From contig JBBCAX010000250.1 of NCBI GenBank assembly GCA_051382335.1, positions 27,498-91,497 on the forward strand: 64,000 nucleotides of DNA, in the 5' to 3' direction. This document shows, one piece after another, positions 47,355-58,174 of the stretch. Position numbers and translations under genes: made by a program. Source of the stretch: Deltaproteobacteria bacterium TL4. GTDB taxonomy: Bacteria; SAR324; NAC60-12. Within the stretch, counting starts at the first letter, position 1. Every line of letters starts with the position of its first letter. The notes below the pieces were generated by a model. The model was not told the origin of the DNA. It saw only the letters and a program-made list of their open reading frames with translations, and did not search any database.

Positions 47355-48791
47355 ATGCCAACCGGAACAACAACCAATACAACCAAAAAAGCGACACCAC
47401 CAGCAAGTGCCGCCAGTAAGACGCCCGCAAAAGAGGATTCGTCTGCTTCAGAGACGCCTGTCAAAAAAACAGTGTCCGCTCCTCAGGGGATTGCGTCTTC
47501 TTCCGCGAAAAGACGTAGAGCTGTCATCGTAGCAGGGGTCCGTACCCCTTTTGTTAAAGCCTTTGGCCCCTTCATGACGATGGATACGATTGCTTTAGGC
47601 GTTGCCGCGGTAGATGCGCTTCTGAAACAAACGGAACTCCCTAAGCGGGAAGTCGAGAGTTTGGTTTGGGGCGGAGTTATCTTGCCCTTTGGGGCTCCGA
47701 ATTTAGCACGGGAAATTGCTTTGGATTTAAAATTTCCGGCCTCTGCGGAAGGCATGACCTGTACTCGAGCTTGTGCGTCAGGTCTTCAGGCCATAACCCT
47801 TGCGGCCGCGGCGATTGAACGCGGGGAAGCCGACATCATGATTGCTGGCGGTTCCGATTCTACAAGTAATGCGGAAGTCAAACTGCCACAAAAAATCATT
47901 CATGCGTTTGCTCCTCTTGCTTTTGGCAAAGCCAAACCAGGTGATATTTTCAGTATGCTTTCTCAACTCACCCCCATCAAGGATATCATTCCCAAAAAAC
48001 CTGAAATTGCGGAAAGAACCACAGGACAAGTGATGGGCGTCGCGGCTGAAGAAATGGCTAAAAGGAATGGGATTACCCGGGAAGAACAGGATATCTTCGC
48101 GGAACGTTCTCACTTACGTGCGGCAAAAGCCATAGCCTCCGGACGATTTGACCGAGAAGTTTGTCGGGTTGAAACGCCTGAGGGTAAATGGGTTCATATT
48201 GATGGTTTGGTGCGCCCCGATACCAGTCTTAGCAAATTGTCAAAGCTCAAACCTGTTTTTGCAAAAAATGGGACGCTCACTGGCGGAAACTCCAGTCCTC
48301 TTACTGATGGTGGGGGTGCCGTATTGCTCATGAGTGAAGAGAAAGCGCGGGCCATGGGCTATAAACCTCTCGCCTGCTTCCGAAGTTGGGCATATTCCGG
48401 AGTTGATCCCGCGGATCAGCTCCTGATGGGACCCGCGATTTCAATGCCTAAGGCCTTGGATAGAGCAGGGTTGACGCTCAAAGATGTGGGTCTTATTGAC
48501 ATTCATGAAGCTTTTGCGGCACAGGTACTCAGCATTGTAAAAATGTTGGAAAGCAAAGAGTTTGCTCAACAACGCCTCGGAAAAAGTGAGGCTGTGGGGG
48601 CTGTTGAGATTGACCGACTTAATGTTCACGGAGGCTCTGTCTCTATTGGACATCCTTTTGGCGCAACGGGTGCCCGCATGGTCACAACGATGTGCTATGA
48701 GCTCCATGAACGCAATGAAGAATTTGCGCTGCTTGGCATTTGTGCCGCGGGCGGCCTGGGCGCAAGCGCTGTTCTGGAAAGAGTGGATTGA
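47355..48791 (+). CDS. Acetyl-CoA C-acyltransferase (FadI/TFE-beta-type thiolase)
   Basis: RACASG, HEAF, GHPFGATG, CAAGG; ~50-aa low-complexity N-terminal extension. Confidence 0.92.
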   Translation: MPTGTTTNTTKKATPPASAASKTPAKEDSSASETPVKKTVSAPQGIASSSAKRRRAVIVAGVRTPFVKAFGPFMTMDTIALGVAAVDALLKQTELPKREVESLVWGGVILPFGAPNLAREIALDLKFPASAEGMTCTRACASGLQAITLAAAAIERGEADIMIAGGSDSTSNAEVKLPQKIIHAFAPLAFGKAKPGDIFSMLSQLTPIKDIIPKKPEIAERTTGQVMGVAAEEMAKRNGITREEQDIFAERSHLRAAKAIASGRFDREVCRVETPEGKWVHIDGLVRPDTSLSKLSKLKPVFAKNGTLTGGNSSPLTDGGGAVLLMSEEKARAMGYKPLACFRSWAYSGVDPADQLLMGPAISMPKALDRAGLTLKDVGLIDIHEAFAAQVLSIVKMLESKEFAQQRLGKSEAVGAVEIDRLNVHGGSVSIGHPFGATGARMVTTMCYELHERNEEFALLGICAAGGLGASAVLERVD

Positions 48792-48838
48792 TGGCGTTAA
48801 TATTTTTTGCCTCTCCCTAAATTCCCCATAATCCGATG

Positions 48839-48860
48839 AGGAGGGAAGCCTTTCCCTCCT
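48839..48860. terminator. Hairpin between convergent genes
   Basis: AGGAGGGAA-GCCT-TTCCCTCCT, 9-bp stem; U-tract is weak. Confidence 0.5.
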
Positions 48861-48890
48861 TCATTCCTGTTTTGAAGTACAGGATGGATG

Positions 48891-50819
48891 TTATCTGGTG
48901 ATTGGAGATCGATGAATGATATCTACCTGCTCGGGGGTTAAGGTATTTTGTTCAACAAGGGTGTGCGTATAAGGGTCATAGCCTGAAGTCCAAAACATAA
49001 GATTGATTCCCGCGGCACATTCGTTGGGATCAATTTCAGAATTATGATTGACATCACTGGCAAGCGTACATTCCGGAGTATCGCTTTGAAGATCCTGGTA
49101 AGAACCATCCGCTTCGCTGGTGTGAAATAATCCCAGCCAATGCCCCATTTCATGAGCACAGGTCTCCCCCAACAAGCGAGGATGCGGATTGGAACTTCCT
49201 CCTAACTGGTGTGCCTCTAAACTGATCATGATACCATTTCGATTTCCCTTGATACCTTGAGAACCTGGAATTCCTGCCGATATGCCCAAAAGCGAGTTGC
49301 CGCTGGTATTAACGATGTCATCGACAAGGAAAAGGTTCACCTTGTCTGCCGCACCTAAACTTATCATGGATGAGGTTTCAGGAGCATTGAAATTTTCTTG
49401 AACCACCGCATAACCTGTCTCTGTGAGAACTTCCACCGGATCCATAAAAGCGACAATTCCGTTATCCACAAAGATCTGTTTCATGATACTTAAGCTTTCC
49501 TCCAAATCCGCAATTTGAAAGTGTGTTGAGGCTAAAAACGGCTTGATCAAAAGCGTTGGAGGATTCTGGAGCGTTCCTCTGCGCATGGCGATTTTCATGG
49601 AAAGCTCGGACACCGCAATGCCTTTTGTACTGCTTAAGTCATAAGTCCAGGTACCCGCCTCAATGCTGACACCAGAACGCTTAGGAGCCATAACGGTTAC
49701 AAAGCCAAGATCTTGAACCAGGTAGTCCAGCTCCACTGCTTGACTTTGACTCGTAAAAATCACGCCCGTGGGTGTTTTGAGGGTATCAATCAAGATACTA
49801 TTGTTCACTTGATTATAAGGCGTAAACAAATAAAGAATATAGGAAATGGTATCAGGCGGAATTTCAAAGCGGACAGGCTCGGATAAGACCTGAGCGGAAA
49901 GAGCAGTCACATCAGGAAGCGCCATATCATGAACACTCAAACCGGTTTCGGGAATATCAATCGAGGCAGGAGTGGTCATCGTTTCAAGCGGAGTAATCTT
50001 TGCTTGTAAAATGGGAGGTGTCGTTCGAGTTTGTGCCACAAAATAAAGGTAATAGGTTGTGGATTCCTGGAGGTTTTCTACATGAAAAATCAGATCGTTG
50101 GTTGTGCTTCCCGCAACTCCGCTTCCCGAGGCAACGCCAGGATTGCCTTTGGAATCGGTTCCCGCAATCACGTCTGAAACACTTGGTGTTGAGGTCTTAT
50201 CCCTCAAGATAAGGTAGTAAACCAGGCTTTCTCTGTCCAGTTGAACGAGAATATCGAATTGGTTCGATTGTTTATGGAGCACTTGGGGAAAGCCTTCAAG
50301 GAAGAAAGGAGGAACGGCTAAGGTTGTGGTCTGGAACGCAAAATTCTTTACCAGTGTTTGTTCCATAGAATCATCAAGCGATTGAACAAAATAGTAGAGC
50401 TGATAAGCCGTATTGACGGTTAAATTCGTTAAGGAAAGAACTTGTTCTTTTTTTGCGGTCATTATCGAAAGGGAACCTGCCAACTCTGTCAGTTTGTTAG
50501 CTCCTCCAGCTTGGATCTGAGTGGCACTTGGAATCTCGGTATCCTTTCGCTGAACGACATAATATAAGATTCCAGGTTTATTTAATTGAAATAAAATTTC
50601 GATACTGGTTGCGGTTAACTGTGAGGAGCTTGGGAAGTCATCCAGAACTCTAATGGGGTCTGGTACCCCCTCCGTTGGAGTTGAATCATTACTTGCGTCA
50701 GGAGCTTGGGGAAGGCTTCTTCCCGAGGAGGATTGGTCCTCCTGAAAAAAAACACCACACCCTACAGTGAACCAAAGGACGGAACAGAGGATGAGCCTTA
50801 AAATCGCGGCAAAAAACAT
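48891..50819 (-). CDS. Lipoprotein with two Fn3/Ig-like repeats and a C-terminal metzincin (M43-like) protease domain
   Basis: Lipobox TVGC; repeated QL...G/S..YY.......PS.....AG units; HEMGHWLGLFH plus NLM Met-turn. Confidence 0.8.
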   Translation of the reverse strand: MFFAAILRLILCSVLWFTVGCGVFFQEDQSSSGRSLPQAPDASNDSTPTEGVPDPIRVLDDFPSSSQLTATSIEILFQLNKPGILYYVVQRKDTEIPSATQIQAGGANKLTELAGSLSIMTAKKEQVLSLTNLTVNTAYQLYYFVQSLDDSMEQTLVKNFAFQTTTLAVPPFFLEGFPQVLHKQSNQFDILVQLDRESLVYYLILRDKTSTPSVSDVIAGTDSKGNPGVASGSGVAGSTTNDLIFHVENLQESTTYYLYFVAQTRTTPPILQAKITPLETMTTPASIDIPETGLSVHDMALPDVTALSAQVLSEPVRFEIPPDTISYILYLFTPYNQVNNSILIDTLKTPTGVIFTSQSQAVELDYLVQDLGFVTVMAPKRSGVSIEAGTWTYDLSSTKGIAVSELSMKIAMRRGTLQNPPTLLIKPFLASTHFQIADLEESLSIMKQIFVDNGIVAFMDPVEVLTETGYAVVQENFNAPETSSMISLGAADKVNLFLVDDIVNTSGNSLLGISAGIPGSQGIKGNRNGIMISLEAHQLGGSSNPHPRLLGETCAHEMGHWLGLFHTSEADGSYQDLQSDTPECTLASDVNHNSEIDPNECAAGINLMFWTSGYDPYTHTLVEQNTLTPEQVDIIHRSPITR

Positions 50820-50831
50820 GAATTCCTTCTC

Positions 50832-53081
50832 TCAAAAAGCATTGATGAGTTCGTCAGAGTTAATGGCAATATTGTCCAAACGGACAATGGCTTCCCGACC
50901 TTTTTGCACTCCATTTTTCGCGATATCCGCAATTTCGGCAACTTCATGTATATTAGAAACAACCATTTGTGTGGCCTTGAAGGCTTCTTCCATTTGCATA
51001 CTGATTTCATGTGTTTTTATGGTTTGTTCTTCAATAGCAATGGACATATAGCCTGATATCTGATTCATCTCTTTAATCACATCATTCACTTTTTCTATAG
51101 ACTCCACCGCTTTTTTCGCATCTTCTTGAATCGCCTTAATTCGAGCTGAAATTTCCTTTGTCGCTTGTGACGTTTGTTGCGCTAAAGCCTTGACCTCACG
51201 GGCAACCACCCCAAACCCCTTGCCGGCCTCACCAGCTCTTGTCGCTTGAATGGTTGCATTCAGGGCTAAAATATTAGTTTGTGACGTAATCCGATGAATA
51301 AATTGAACAATGACCCCAATCGAAAGGGACCCTTTTCCCAGGGTTGTAATGATTTCGGAGGCTTTCCTGGAAAACTCGACCGCTTGAGCGGACATACGGG
51401 TATTGGTATTCACCATATTCTCATTATCGACCAGGGTCTTGACCATTTCTTCAAGAGTCGTGGCAATATGTTCCATACTTTTTTGAATTTCATTGGCTTC
51501 AACGACCACAACTTGAGTTTGCTGTGAGGTTTTTGAAGAGGCTTCCGCCATTTGCTCACTGCCGATTAACAGGTCATGACTCGCGCTGGCGAGTTCACTC
51601 GAAATCGACTTGGCTTTTTTCTGAAGCTGACGATCTCTTTCCTTTCGTGCTTTTTCTTCGGTAATGATTTCATAAGACAACATCGGCCCCATAAAATTGC
51701 CTTGGGCATCATTCACCGCATTCGCCTTCACGTTAACCCATTCCACGCCAAACTCAATCTCACATTGATAAGGGAGATGTTTGGGATATAAGAGTGCTTG
51801 ACGTAATCCCAAGTGGGGACAAAGCACCTCGTAAGAACTTCCGACAATTTTACTGACGGGAACAGCCAGAAACGAATGAAGACTGCGGAAGAGTTGCTGT
51901 GCCATGGGATTCATGTAGCGTATGATTCCATCCGCATCGATAAAAATCAAACTATTAGGCGCGTTTTCCACCAAGGCACTTGTCCTCGCAATTTCACGCT
52001 GTTGTCTTAATTCTTCCTCCCGGCTATTGCTCTGCTTGGTAATCATTTCCGCCAGGCCTTTAGACAGGCGGCTTAATTCCATATCTTCAAAATCAGCAGG
52101 GGTCACTTCCAAATTGCCTTTTCCTACTTCTTCAACAACATCCAGGAGCTGATTGATACATTCCCTGAGCACACGTTGCTGCTCCTGTTCTTTAGCTCTA
52201 AGCTGTTCATCCAAATGCCTTGCTTTATGAAGTTCTTCCACCATGCCTTTAAACCCTTTTGCCAAACGGCCCATCGCCTGTTCTCCAAAGTCAGGAATTT
52301 CAATGATTAAATTTCCTTCCCCAACTTGTTGTACCGCTTCTAAAAGTTCGGTGATATTTTCTTCAAGCGCATGTTTTGATTTCTGGGATTCTGACAAAAG
52401 GTTGTCACTCAAATATTTCGAATCCTGCAGCATTTCATGAGTTTCCTCAAGGGCTTTGGATTTTTGACGCATTTGCCTGTCAAAAGATCGCAAAACCAAT
52501 AAAGTCAGGGGAATGCCGGAAATAAACAACAATTCCATGGCGACTTTTCCTGGTTTTGTAAGACCCAGAAGCGTCCGGACCTCGTTCCCACTATGGTTAA
52601 TATTCGCCAGATCTCTAGCCCAGTAATAAGGGAGCATCTCAAACACAAAATCTAAATTGATAATGCTGACTAAAAAAAAGGTCGTTAAGATTCCTAAAAA
52701 GAGCGCATAGTGAATCCCGGCGACAAGATAATAGCAAATGGTTAAAAAAATGGCGAAAGTCCCAATGCCACTACTCACAGATCCCATGACCGAGGCCCCA
52801 AATCCTGCCACAAACGCAATAAAAACAATTTGAGGATAAATGGTTTTAGAGCTTTCCTGTTTTTTATGAATTTCATAGAGATTATAACTGGTCAGACAGA
52901 TCAGAATGCCACAGATGGCCAAGACATAACTGACCATGTTGGGGTACCTGTTAAAGGTAACAAGCATGGTTGGAATGATGATCAGAGCAATCAGTCCATT
53001 GATCAGAAAAGTACGCTCACACATATTCCAATTCAAGAAATTCTTAATATCTTTACTTAGTCTCACAAGTTCATTGAACAT
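50832..53081 (-). CDS. Methyl-accepting chemotaxis protein (multi-TM, 2 HAMP, PAS, signalling domain)
   Basis: [38 protein letters not shown]-like VGEGNL and [31 protein letters not shown]. Start uncertain (53081-53117). Confidence 0.92.
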   Translation of the reverse strand: MFNELVRLSKDIKNFLNWNMCERTFLINGLIALIIIPTMLVTFNRYPNMVSYVLAICGILICLTSYNLYEIHKKQESSKTIYPQIVFIAFVAGFGASVMGSVSSGIGTFAIFLTICYYLVAGIHYALFLGILTTFFLVSIINLDFVFEMLPYYWARDLANINHSGNEVRTLLGLTKPGKVAMELLFISGIPLTLLVLRSFDRQMRQKSKALEETHEMLQDSKYLSDNLLSESQKSKHALEENITELLEAVQQVGEGNLIIEIPDFGEQAMGRLAKGFKGMVEELHKARHLDEQLRAKEQEQQRVLRECINQLLDVVEEVGKGNLEVTPADFEDMELSRLSKGLAEMITKQSNSREEELRQQREIARTSALVENAPNSLIFIDADGIIRYMNPMAQQLFRSLHSFLAVPVSKIVGSSYEVLCPHLGLRQALLYPKHLPYQCEIEFGVEWVNVKANAVNDAQGNFMGPMLSYEIITEEKARKERDRQLQKKAKSISSELASASHDLLIGSEQMAEASSKTSQQTQVVVVEANEIQKSMEHIATTLEEMVKTLVDNENMVNTNTRMSAQAVEFSRKASEIITTLGKGSLSIGVIVQFIHRITSQTNILALNATIQATRAGEAGKGFGVVAREVKALAQQTSQATKEISARIKAIQEDAKKAVESIEKVNDVIKEMNQISGYMSIAIEEQTIKTHEISMQMEEAFKATQMVVSNIHEVAEIADIAKNGVQKGREAIVRLDNIAINSDELINAF

Positions 53082-53219
53082 ATTGCCTCTAATCACCATA
53101 TTGTATTGTAAAAGCAAAATACGGAGTACAGATAGTATATACTATGCTTCCCTGGCAGATGTCAATTTGTGCCTGGTTTTCCAGAAAAGTGGCTGAAAAT
53201 AGGGTCAAGCCCGCTTTGC

Positions 53220-56200
53220 TTAAAGAAGAGCTCGGACGTTCTTAAGGAATTCAGGAAAAAGCGTTAACGTCTCTGGCAGGAGTTCCACCTCAAAGGAACT
53301 CGCCTGTGAATGCAGGGAGGCTCCCCATTGTTTCAAGGAAGGATAATGGTACTGGGTTCCCAGGTTCTGAATACGAAGCGAGAAGGATTGAATATCCTTG
53401 ATGATCAAAGCTTTACAAAAAACTTTCCAAGCGCTGATTTCTTGCTCCAATGAGGTTAACAAATCCCTGAACCTGGCAAAGGCATTGGGCTCTGAATGTT
53501 CAGGAAAGCCGATGTTGCTCTGTGTTATTGCTATTTTGTCCGTTTTATCAATGAGGGTATGTTTGAGAAACTTGGCTAAGTTACGGATCAATTCCGCCTG
53601 GTTGACAGGTTTCCTCAAATAACCGTCACCCAGGGTCAGGTATGCTTCCTCGGTGCCTTTCATCGCCGAAGCGGTTAAAGCGATCACGGGGATCTTGTGA
53701 GTGGCCTGATGTGCTTTAAGTTGTTTGGTGGCTTCATATCCATCTAAAACGGGCATTTTCATATCCATCAGGATCAAATCCGGAACGTAATGTTTGGCCA
53801 GTTCCAACGCCTCTTGGCCATTCACCGCTTCATAAAGTGTGAAATCATAGGCTTTCAAATATTCCTTCATGAGGCTCCGATTTGTGGCTACGTCATCAAC
53901 GATTAAAAGAGAAGCATGCTCAAATTGATAGGTGTCTGGGTCCCACTTCTGTTGAAGAGGATCCGCGTTCTCACCGATGGAGGCAATGGAAACCTTTTCA
54001 AGAATGACTTTGAACACACTGCCTTCTCCCACCTTGGAGGTTACGGAAATGTGACCTCCCATGAGCTCTACCAAACGTTTGCTAATTGCCAATCCCAAGC
54101 CTGTCCCTCCATATTGAGCCTGACTCTGGCCTGTCTGCTGTTCAAAGGGGGCAAAGATGATTTTGGTTTGATCTTCAGGGATCCCGATGCCGGTATCTTC
54201 CACTGAAAAAATTAAATCTATTTTGCTCGGGTCGTCCCTGTTTCCTTGATAACTGAGGGCTAATTTAATGGTTCCAGCGTTTGTAAACTTGATAGCGTTG
54301 CCAATAAGATTCAAAAGAACTTGCCGCAGCCGCGTTTCATCCAGGATGATACGTTGCGGAAGGTTTGGATTGATTTCCAGTTGAAAATTCAGCTTTTTTT
54401 GAGAAATTTTATGGGAGAAGATCAGCTCCATTTCCTGAAACACAAAATAAGGATTTAAATGGCTGTACACCAGTTCCAATTTACCGGCTTCCACCTTGGA
54501 AAGATCCAGAATATCGTTGATCAGCGTCAGCAGCGATTTGCCGCTGGCCTGGATAGACCGGAGATAGGCCCTATGTTTATCATCATGAATTTGTTTTTCC
54601 AGAATCTCTGAAAATCCAAGAATAGCATTCATTGGGGTTCGAATCTCGTGACTCATATTGGCCAGAAATTCGCTTTTGGCCTGGTTGGCGGCATCGGCAA
54701 CATCACGTGCCTGTTTGAGTTCCACTGTCCGTTCTTTGACCAGTTCCTCCAGATGTTCGCGATATTGGATCAGTTCTATCTCCGTTCGTTTACTCTCAGT
54801 GATATCACGGGAGATGCCGGCGGCCAGGATGATTTTACCGTTTTCGTCCCTGATGAGGTTTCCTTTTACGTATACCATGCGCGTTGTTCCGTCAGGCCTG
54901 AGTATTCTAAACTCGTCATCAAAGTTTCCTTTCCCTTGAAGGAAATTGATAAAAGCCGTTCCAATGCGCTCTTTGTCCTCAGCGTAAATGCAGTCATACC
55001 AAACGCTGCTATCCTGATAGAGTTCTTCGGCGGTTCGTTGCCATATTCGTTCAAAAGCAGGATTGACATAGACGACTTTGTAGTTAAAGGGATCACTGGC
55101 ATCACCAATCCAAAAAACATCAGAAATAGCCGAGGCCAGTTGAGAAAATCGCCGGTTGTTTTCCATCAGGTCTTTTTCTGCCTGTTTGCGCTTGGTAATA
55201 TTTTCAACAACGGCCAATATTCTTTGAATTTCGCCATTTTCGTCAGGCAACGGAACCGTTCTGAACAATTGATATTGACCGTTGAGATACAGTTCAAAAG
55301 TGTTTTTTTTGCCTTTGAACGTCTCCAAGTAATAATGTTTTACAACCTCAACCTGAGTTCCAACCACCTCTTCCAGAGTCAAGCCCGCAAAACTTCCAGG
55401 ATCCAGCTCCAGCGTCTTGACCACTTGACCTGAAGTGTAACTCACACTCAAATCCTTCTCAATGAGGCAGACATAGGAATTGGGAAAATTTTCGGCAATC
55501 GTCCGGAATAATTTTTCCTGTCCTCTCAGCGCCATTTCCGTGTTCTTAAGTTCGGTGACGTCCATGCCAAAAGACATACTGCCTATTAGTTTATTGGCCT
55601 CCCACAAGACTTTATTCTTCCAGAGGATATAACGCTCCTCCCCTGATTTTGTGAGGATGGGATTTTCGAATATTTCTGGAAACTCACCTTGCCGCGCGAT
55701 CTTTTCAAAGGCGGTCCATACCTCAGGGTAGTGAGCTCTCGGCACGATTGATTCAAACCAACTCTTCCCGCTGACCTCCGCATAACTGTACCCTGTCATC
55801 ATTTCAGCGGCTTTATTCAACTTGACAACGTTGCCGTCAAGATCCAGTTGCACAAATATCATGTTTGCGGTTTGAAGCAGATTTTCAGAAAAGTTCTTTG
55901 CCTGTCGCCAGGAGACTTCTATTCGTTTATACGCTGTGAGGTCGGCAATGCTGATAATGAAGTATGGCGGTGTTCCTTCTTCATCCCCGGAAAAGGTGGT
56001 GCTCACAGCGGTCCAGATGACAATTCTTTCTTCTCCTGTCTTTGAAACGAGGCTCAGCTCTTCGTTACCGATGCGACCATGCTGTTTCCATAAGTCAAAC
56101 AAGGCGTTCGCTTTTTCCTGGGATTGGGGGGCATAGATCGTCGGGATCATGGATTTTCCGATCATTTCATCTTTTTCATAGCCTAAGGCATTCAACGCGC

Positions 56201-56312
56201 TTTGATTGATATCCACAAGCCTTCCACTGGGAGTAATCATACAGCAATAATTCTGATGGCCCTCAAAAAATTGATGAAATTGTTCTTCACTCTCTCGTCT
56301 TGGCATTACCAT
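53220..56312 (-). CDS. Cytoplasmic multi-PAS hybrid histidine kinase (4 PAS - HisKA - HATPase - REC)
   Basis: AKSEFLANMSHEIRTPMNAI, NLIGNAIKFT, DTGIGI, GGTGLGLAI, LMDMKMP. Start ATG 56312 after GAGGAGG. Confidence 0.94.
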   Translation of the reverse strand: MVMPRRESEEQFHQFFEGHQNYCCMITPSGRLVDINQSALNALGYEKDEMIGKSMIPTIYAPQSQEKANALFDLWKQHGRIGNEELSLVSKTGEERIVIWTAVSTTFSGDEEGTPPYFIISIADLTAYKRIEVSWRQAKNFSENLLQTANMIFVQLDLDGNVVKLNKAAEMMTGYSYAEVSGKSWFESIVPRAHYPEVWTAFEKIARQGEFPEIFENPILTKSGEERYILWKNKVLWEANKLIGSMSFGMDVTELKNTEMALRGQEKLFRTIAENFPNSYVCLIEKDLSVSYTSGQVVKTLELDPGSFAGLTLEEVVGTQVEVVKHYYLETFKGKKNTFELYLNGQYQLFRTVPLPDENGEIQRILAVVENITKRKQAEKDLMENNRRFSQLASAISDVFWIGDASDPFNYKVVYVNPAFERIWQRTAEELYQDSSVWYDCIYAEDKERIGTAFINFLQGKGNFDDEFRILRPDGTTRMVYVKGNLIRDENGKIILAAGISRDITESKRTEIELIQYREHLEELVKERTVELKQARDVADAANQAKSEFLANMSHEIRTPMNAILGFSEILEKQIHDDKHRAYLRSIQASGKSLLTLINDILDLSKVEAGKLELVYSHLNPYFVFQEMELIFSHKISQKKLNFQLEINPNLPQRIILDETRLRQVLLNLIGNAIKFTNAGTIKLALSYQGNRDDPSKIDLIFSVEDTGIGIPEDQTKIIFAPFEQQTGQSQAQYGGTGLGLAISKRLVELMGGHISVTSKVGEGSVFKVILEKVSIASIGENADPLQQKWDPDTYQFEHASLLIVDDVATNRSLMKEYLKAYDFTLYEAVNGQEALELAKHYVPDLILMDMKMPVLDGYEATKQLKAHQATHKIPVIALTASAMKGTEEAYLTLGDGYLRKPVNQAELIRNLAKFLKHTLIDKTDKIAITQSNIGFPEHSEPNAFARFRDLLTSLEQEISAWKVFCKALIIKDIQSFSLRIQNLGTQYHYPSLKQWGASLHSQASSFEVELLPETLTLFPEFLKNVRALL

Positions 56313-56494
56313 GCGAACCTCCTCTGATTCTTTTGCGTACTGATAGGTAGGTTCCCCCAATTATGCTCAAATTTTTTTAATTTGTTCCGTGCGGTTCAAA
56401 GTCGTCTCTTGCCATATGCTATAATCTTTACTTAGCGAATGGAGGAAAGAATGTAAAGTGCGAAGAATTGGCTAAAGACCAGAGAAAAGACGAT

Positions 56495-57955
56495 TCATTG
56501 GGATTGCAATTGATGTAAGCAATCATCCAGTGTTTGGCTGATTAATACCTGATTGCGAATCATTTCCACTTTTTTCCAGGTGGCTCGTTCTCCTTCCAAA
56601 ATACCTCTCTTATAATTTTCGGGGATGGGCAACTGAAGAATTTCATAGAATTTTTTTAAGTTCCTTGGTGGAAAAATAGTGATATCTCCCCGATATTGCT
56701 GATCCAGCATGCCATTGATTAATCTCAACAGCGAAACTTCCGTATTGCCTCGGGCTTGTAAAACATTAACAGCGCGTTTCTTTTGATTTTGATAAGAAAT
56801 CGCTATCTCCAGAATTTGATGAAGTCGATGTCTAAATTCAGATCTTCCAAGTCGACGAAGCATCCCCATTACCTTTTGATCCTGTGTGCTTGCAAACGGG
56901 AAAATCAAGGGGTTGACCAAACTCACAATGTGATGATTGATGTTGAACATCTCTGACAGTTGAGACATGGGGAGATCATTGGCCATTGAGCCATCTACCC
57001 ATTTAAGGGATTCCATGTAGGGGACAATCTTTCCCTTTGAGTTCTTGGCACTTAACGTTGCGGGTTTATACATCCCTGGTACGGAACATGAGGCTTGCAC
57101 AGCACTACGAATCGTAACATGCGGAGTGGTCAGGTAATTGGTGAGATAGGGATGTTGATTTTCATACGCGGGAGACATGCTGATATTGAGAACACGGTTG
57201 GTTTTTTTGTAGGCTTCCTCAAACGTTATCAAACCTACATTCTCAACAACATAAGTGATCAAACTATCAAAATCCATGAACCCCTTCTGACGCATAAAGT
57301 CTGTTTTTTTAGGGGGTTTCATGATGTTTCGTTCAAACAAACGCGTGGGTTGCTCAAATAAAACTGATAATTCTTGTGTGGTCTGGGTTCCCAGAATGGA
57401 AGCGATGACGGAACCGATACTTGAGCCGGAAACCACATGGGGTAACAATCGATGTTCCAGCAAGGTTTTAATGGTTCCCAGATGGAAAATTCCGAAAGGA
57501 CCGCCTCCGCTTAATAAAAGCGCGGAACGTCCATAGCTTTGACTGGCGTGTTGAAAAAAAATAAGTTTTTCTGCGTGCGGGAAGTCTTCAAAGGGCGTAT
57601 CACAGAGATATCTTAACCAGATCGCGACTTCATGGACATAATCTGTGATTAAATGTTTCGTTCCCGTTGCCGTATGAAAATATAAAGCAGGGTTGGTGAT
57701 GTTTCCAAAGTCATGGACGAGGCCTTGTTTTAAACTGTACACAGCTTCTTTGATGTCATTGGTTTTATCAGCCTGTTTCAATTCATTGAGACGTTTTCGA
57801 ATTAATTCATAATGATAGCTGGGGGATTCATCTTCCTTTTTCCATTCTTCTTTGCCTGTCGCCAGATCATATTCAACGGCAGCCGCATACCATGAATGGT
57901 AGTCTTCCGCCAAATTCATGGCCTTCTGAGCCGCTTGTGCCTTTTTTCTATTCAT
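56495..57955 (-). CDS. Patatin-like lipase with DUF3336 (TGL3/4/SDP1-like triacylglycerol lipase)
   Basis: SYGRSALLLSGGG, GSSIG (GxSxG), WVDGS, FNINHHIVS.VNP. Confidence 0.9.
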   Translation of the reverse strand: MNRKKAQAAQKAMNLAEDYHSWYAAAVEYDLATGKEEWKKEDESPSYHYELIRKRLNELKQADKTNDIKEAVYSLKQGLVHDFGNITNPALYFHTATGTKHLITDYVHEVAIWLRYLCDTPFEDFPHAEKLIFFQHASQSYGRSALLLSGGGPFGIFHLGTIKTLLEHRLLPHVVSGSSIGSVIASILGTQTTQELSVLFEQPTRLFERNIMKPPKKTDFMRQKGFMDFDSLITYVVENVGLITFEEAYKKTNRVLNISMSPAYENQHPYLTNYLTTPHVTIRSAVQASCSVPGMYKPATLSAKNSKGKIVPYMESLKWVDGSMANDLPMSQLSEMFNINHHIVSLVNPLIFPFASTQDQKVMGMLRRLGRSEFRHRLHQILEIAISYQNQKKRAVNVLQARGNTEVSLLRLINGMLDQQYRGDITIFPPRNLKKFYEILQLPIPENYKRGILEGERATWKKVEMIRNQVLISQTLDDCLHQLQSQ

Positions 57956-58174
57956 GACCTATCCTCGTTCCAAAAGAAAATAATCATCTTCCAAGTGTGT
58001 TTTCATCATCTCGGCTATACCAGGTTATTACCGGGAAAGTCTCAGAGAGTCAATCGTTTCATGACACCCCATGACCAATAAAAGGGGGAAATCTTAAGAA
58101 ATCTAAGTAGTGTATTGATTTTTCGGTTTAGGATTCGTAAAAGCTATGGTAGAAACAACCCAAAGGAGATGTCA

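Noticed and set aside
54648..55433. 261-aa plus-strand ORF (also 658-1299 and 61680-62315 on the minus strand)
   Set aside because: Antisense shadows of well-supported genes, with no recognisable motifs.
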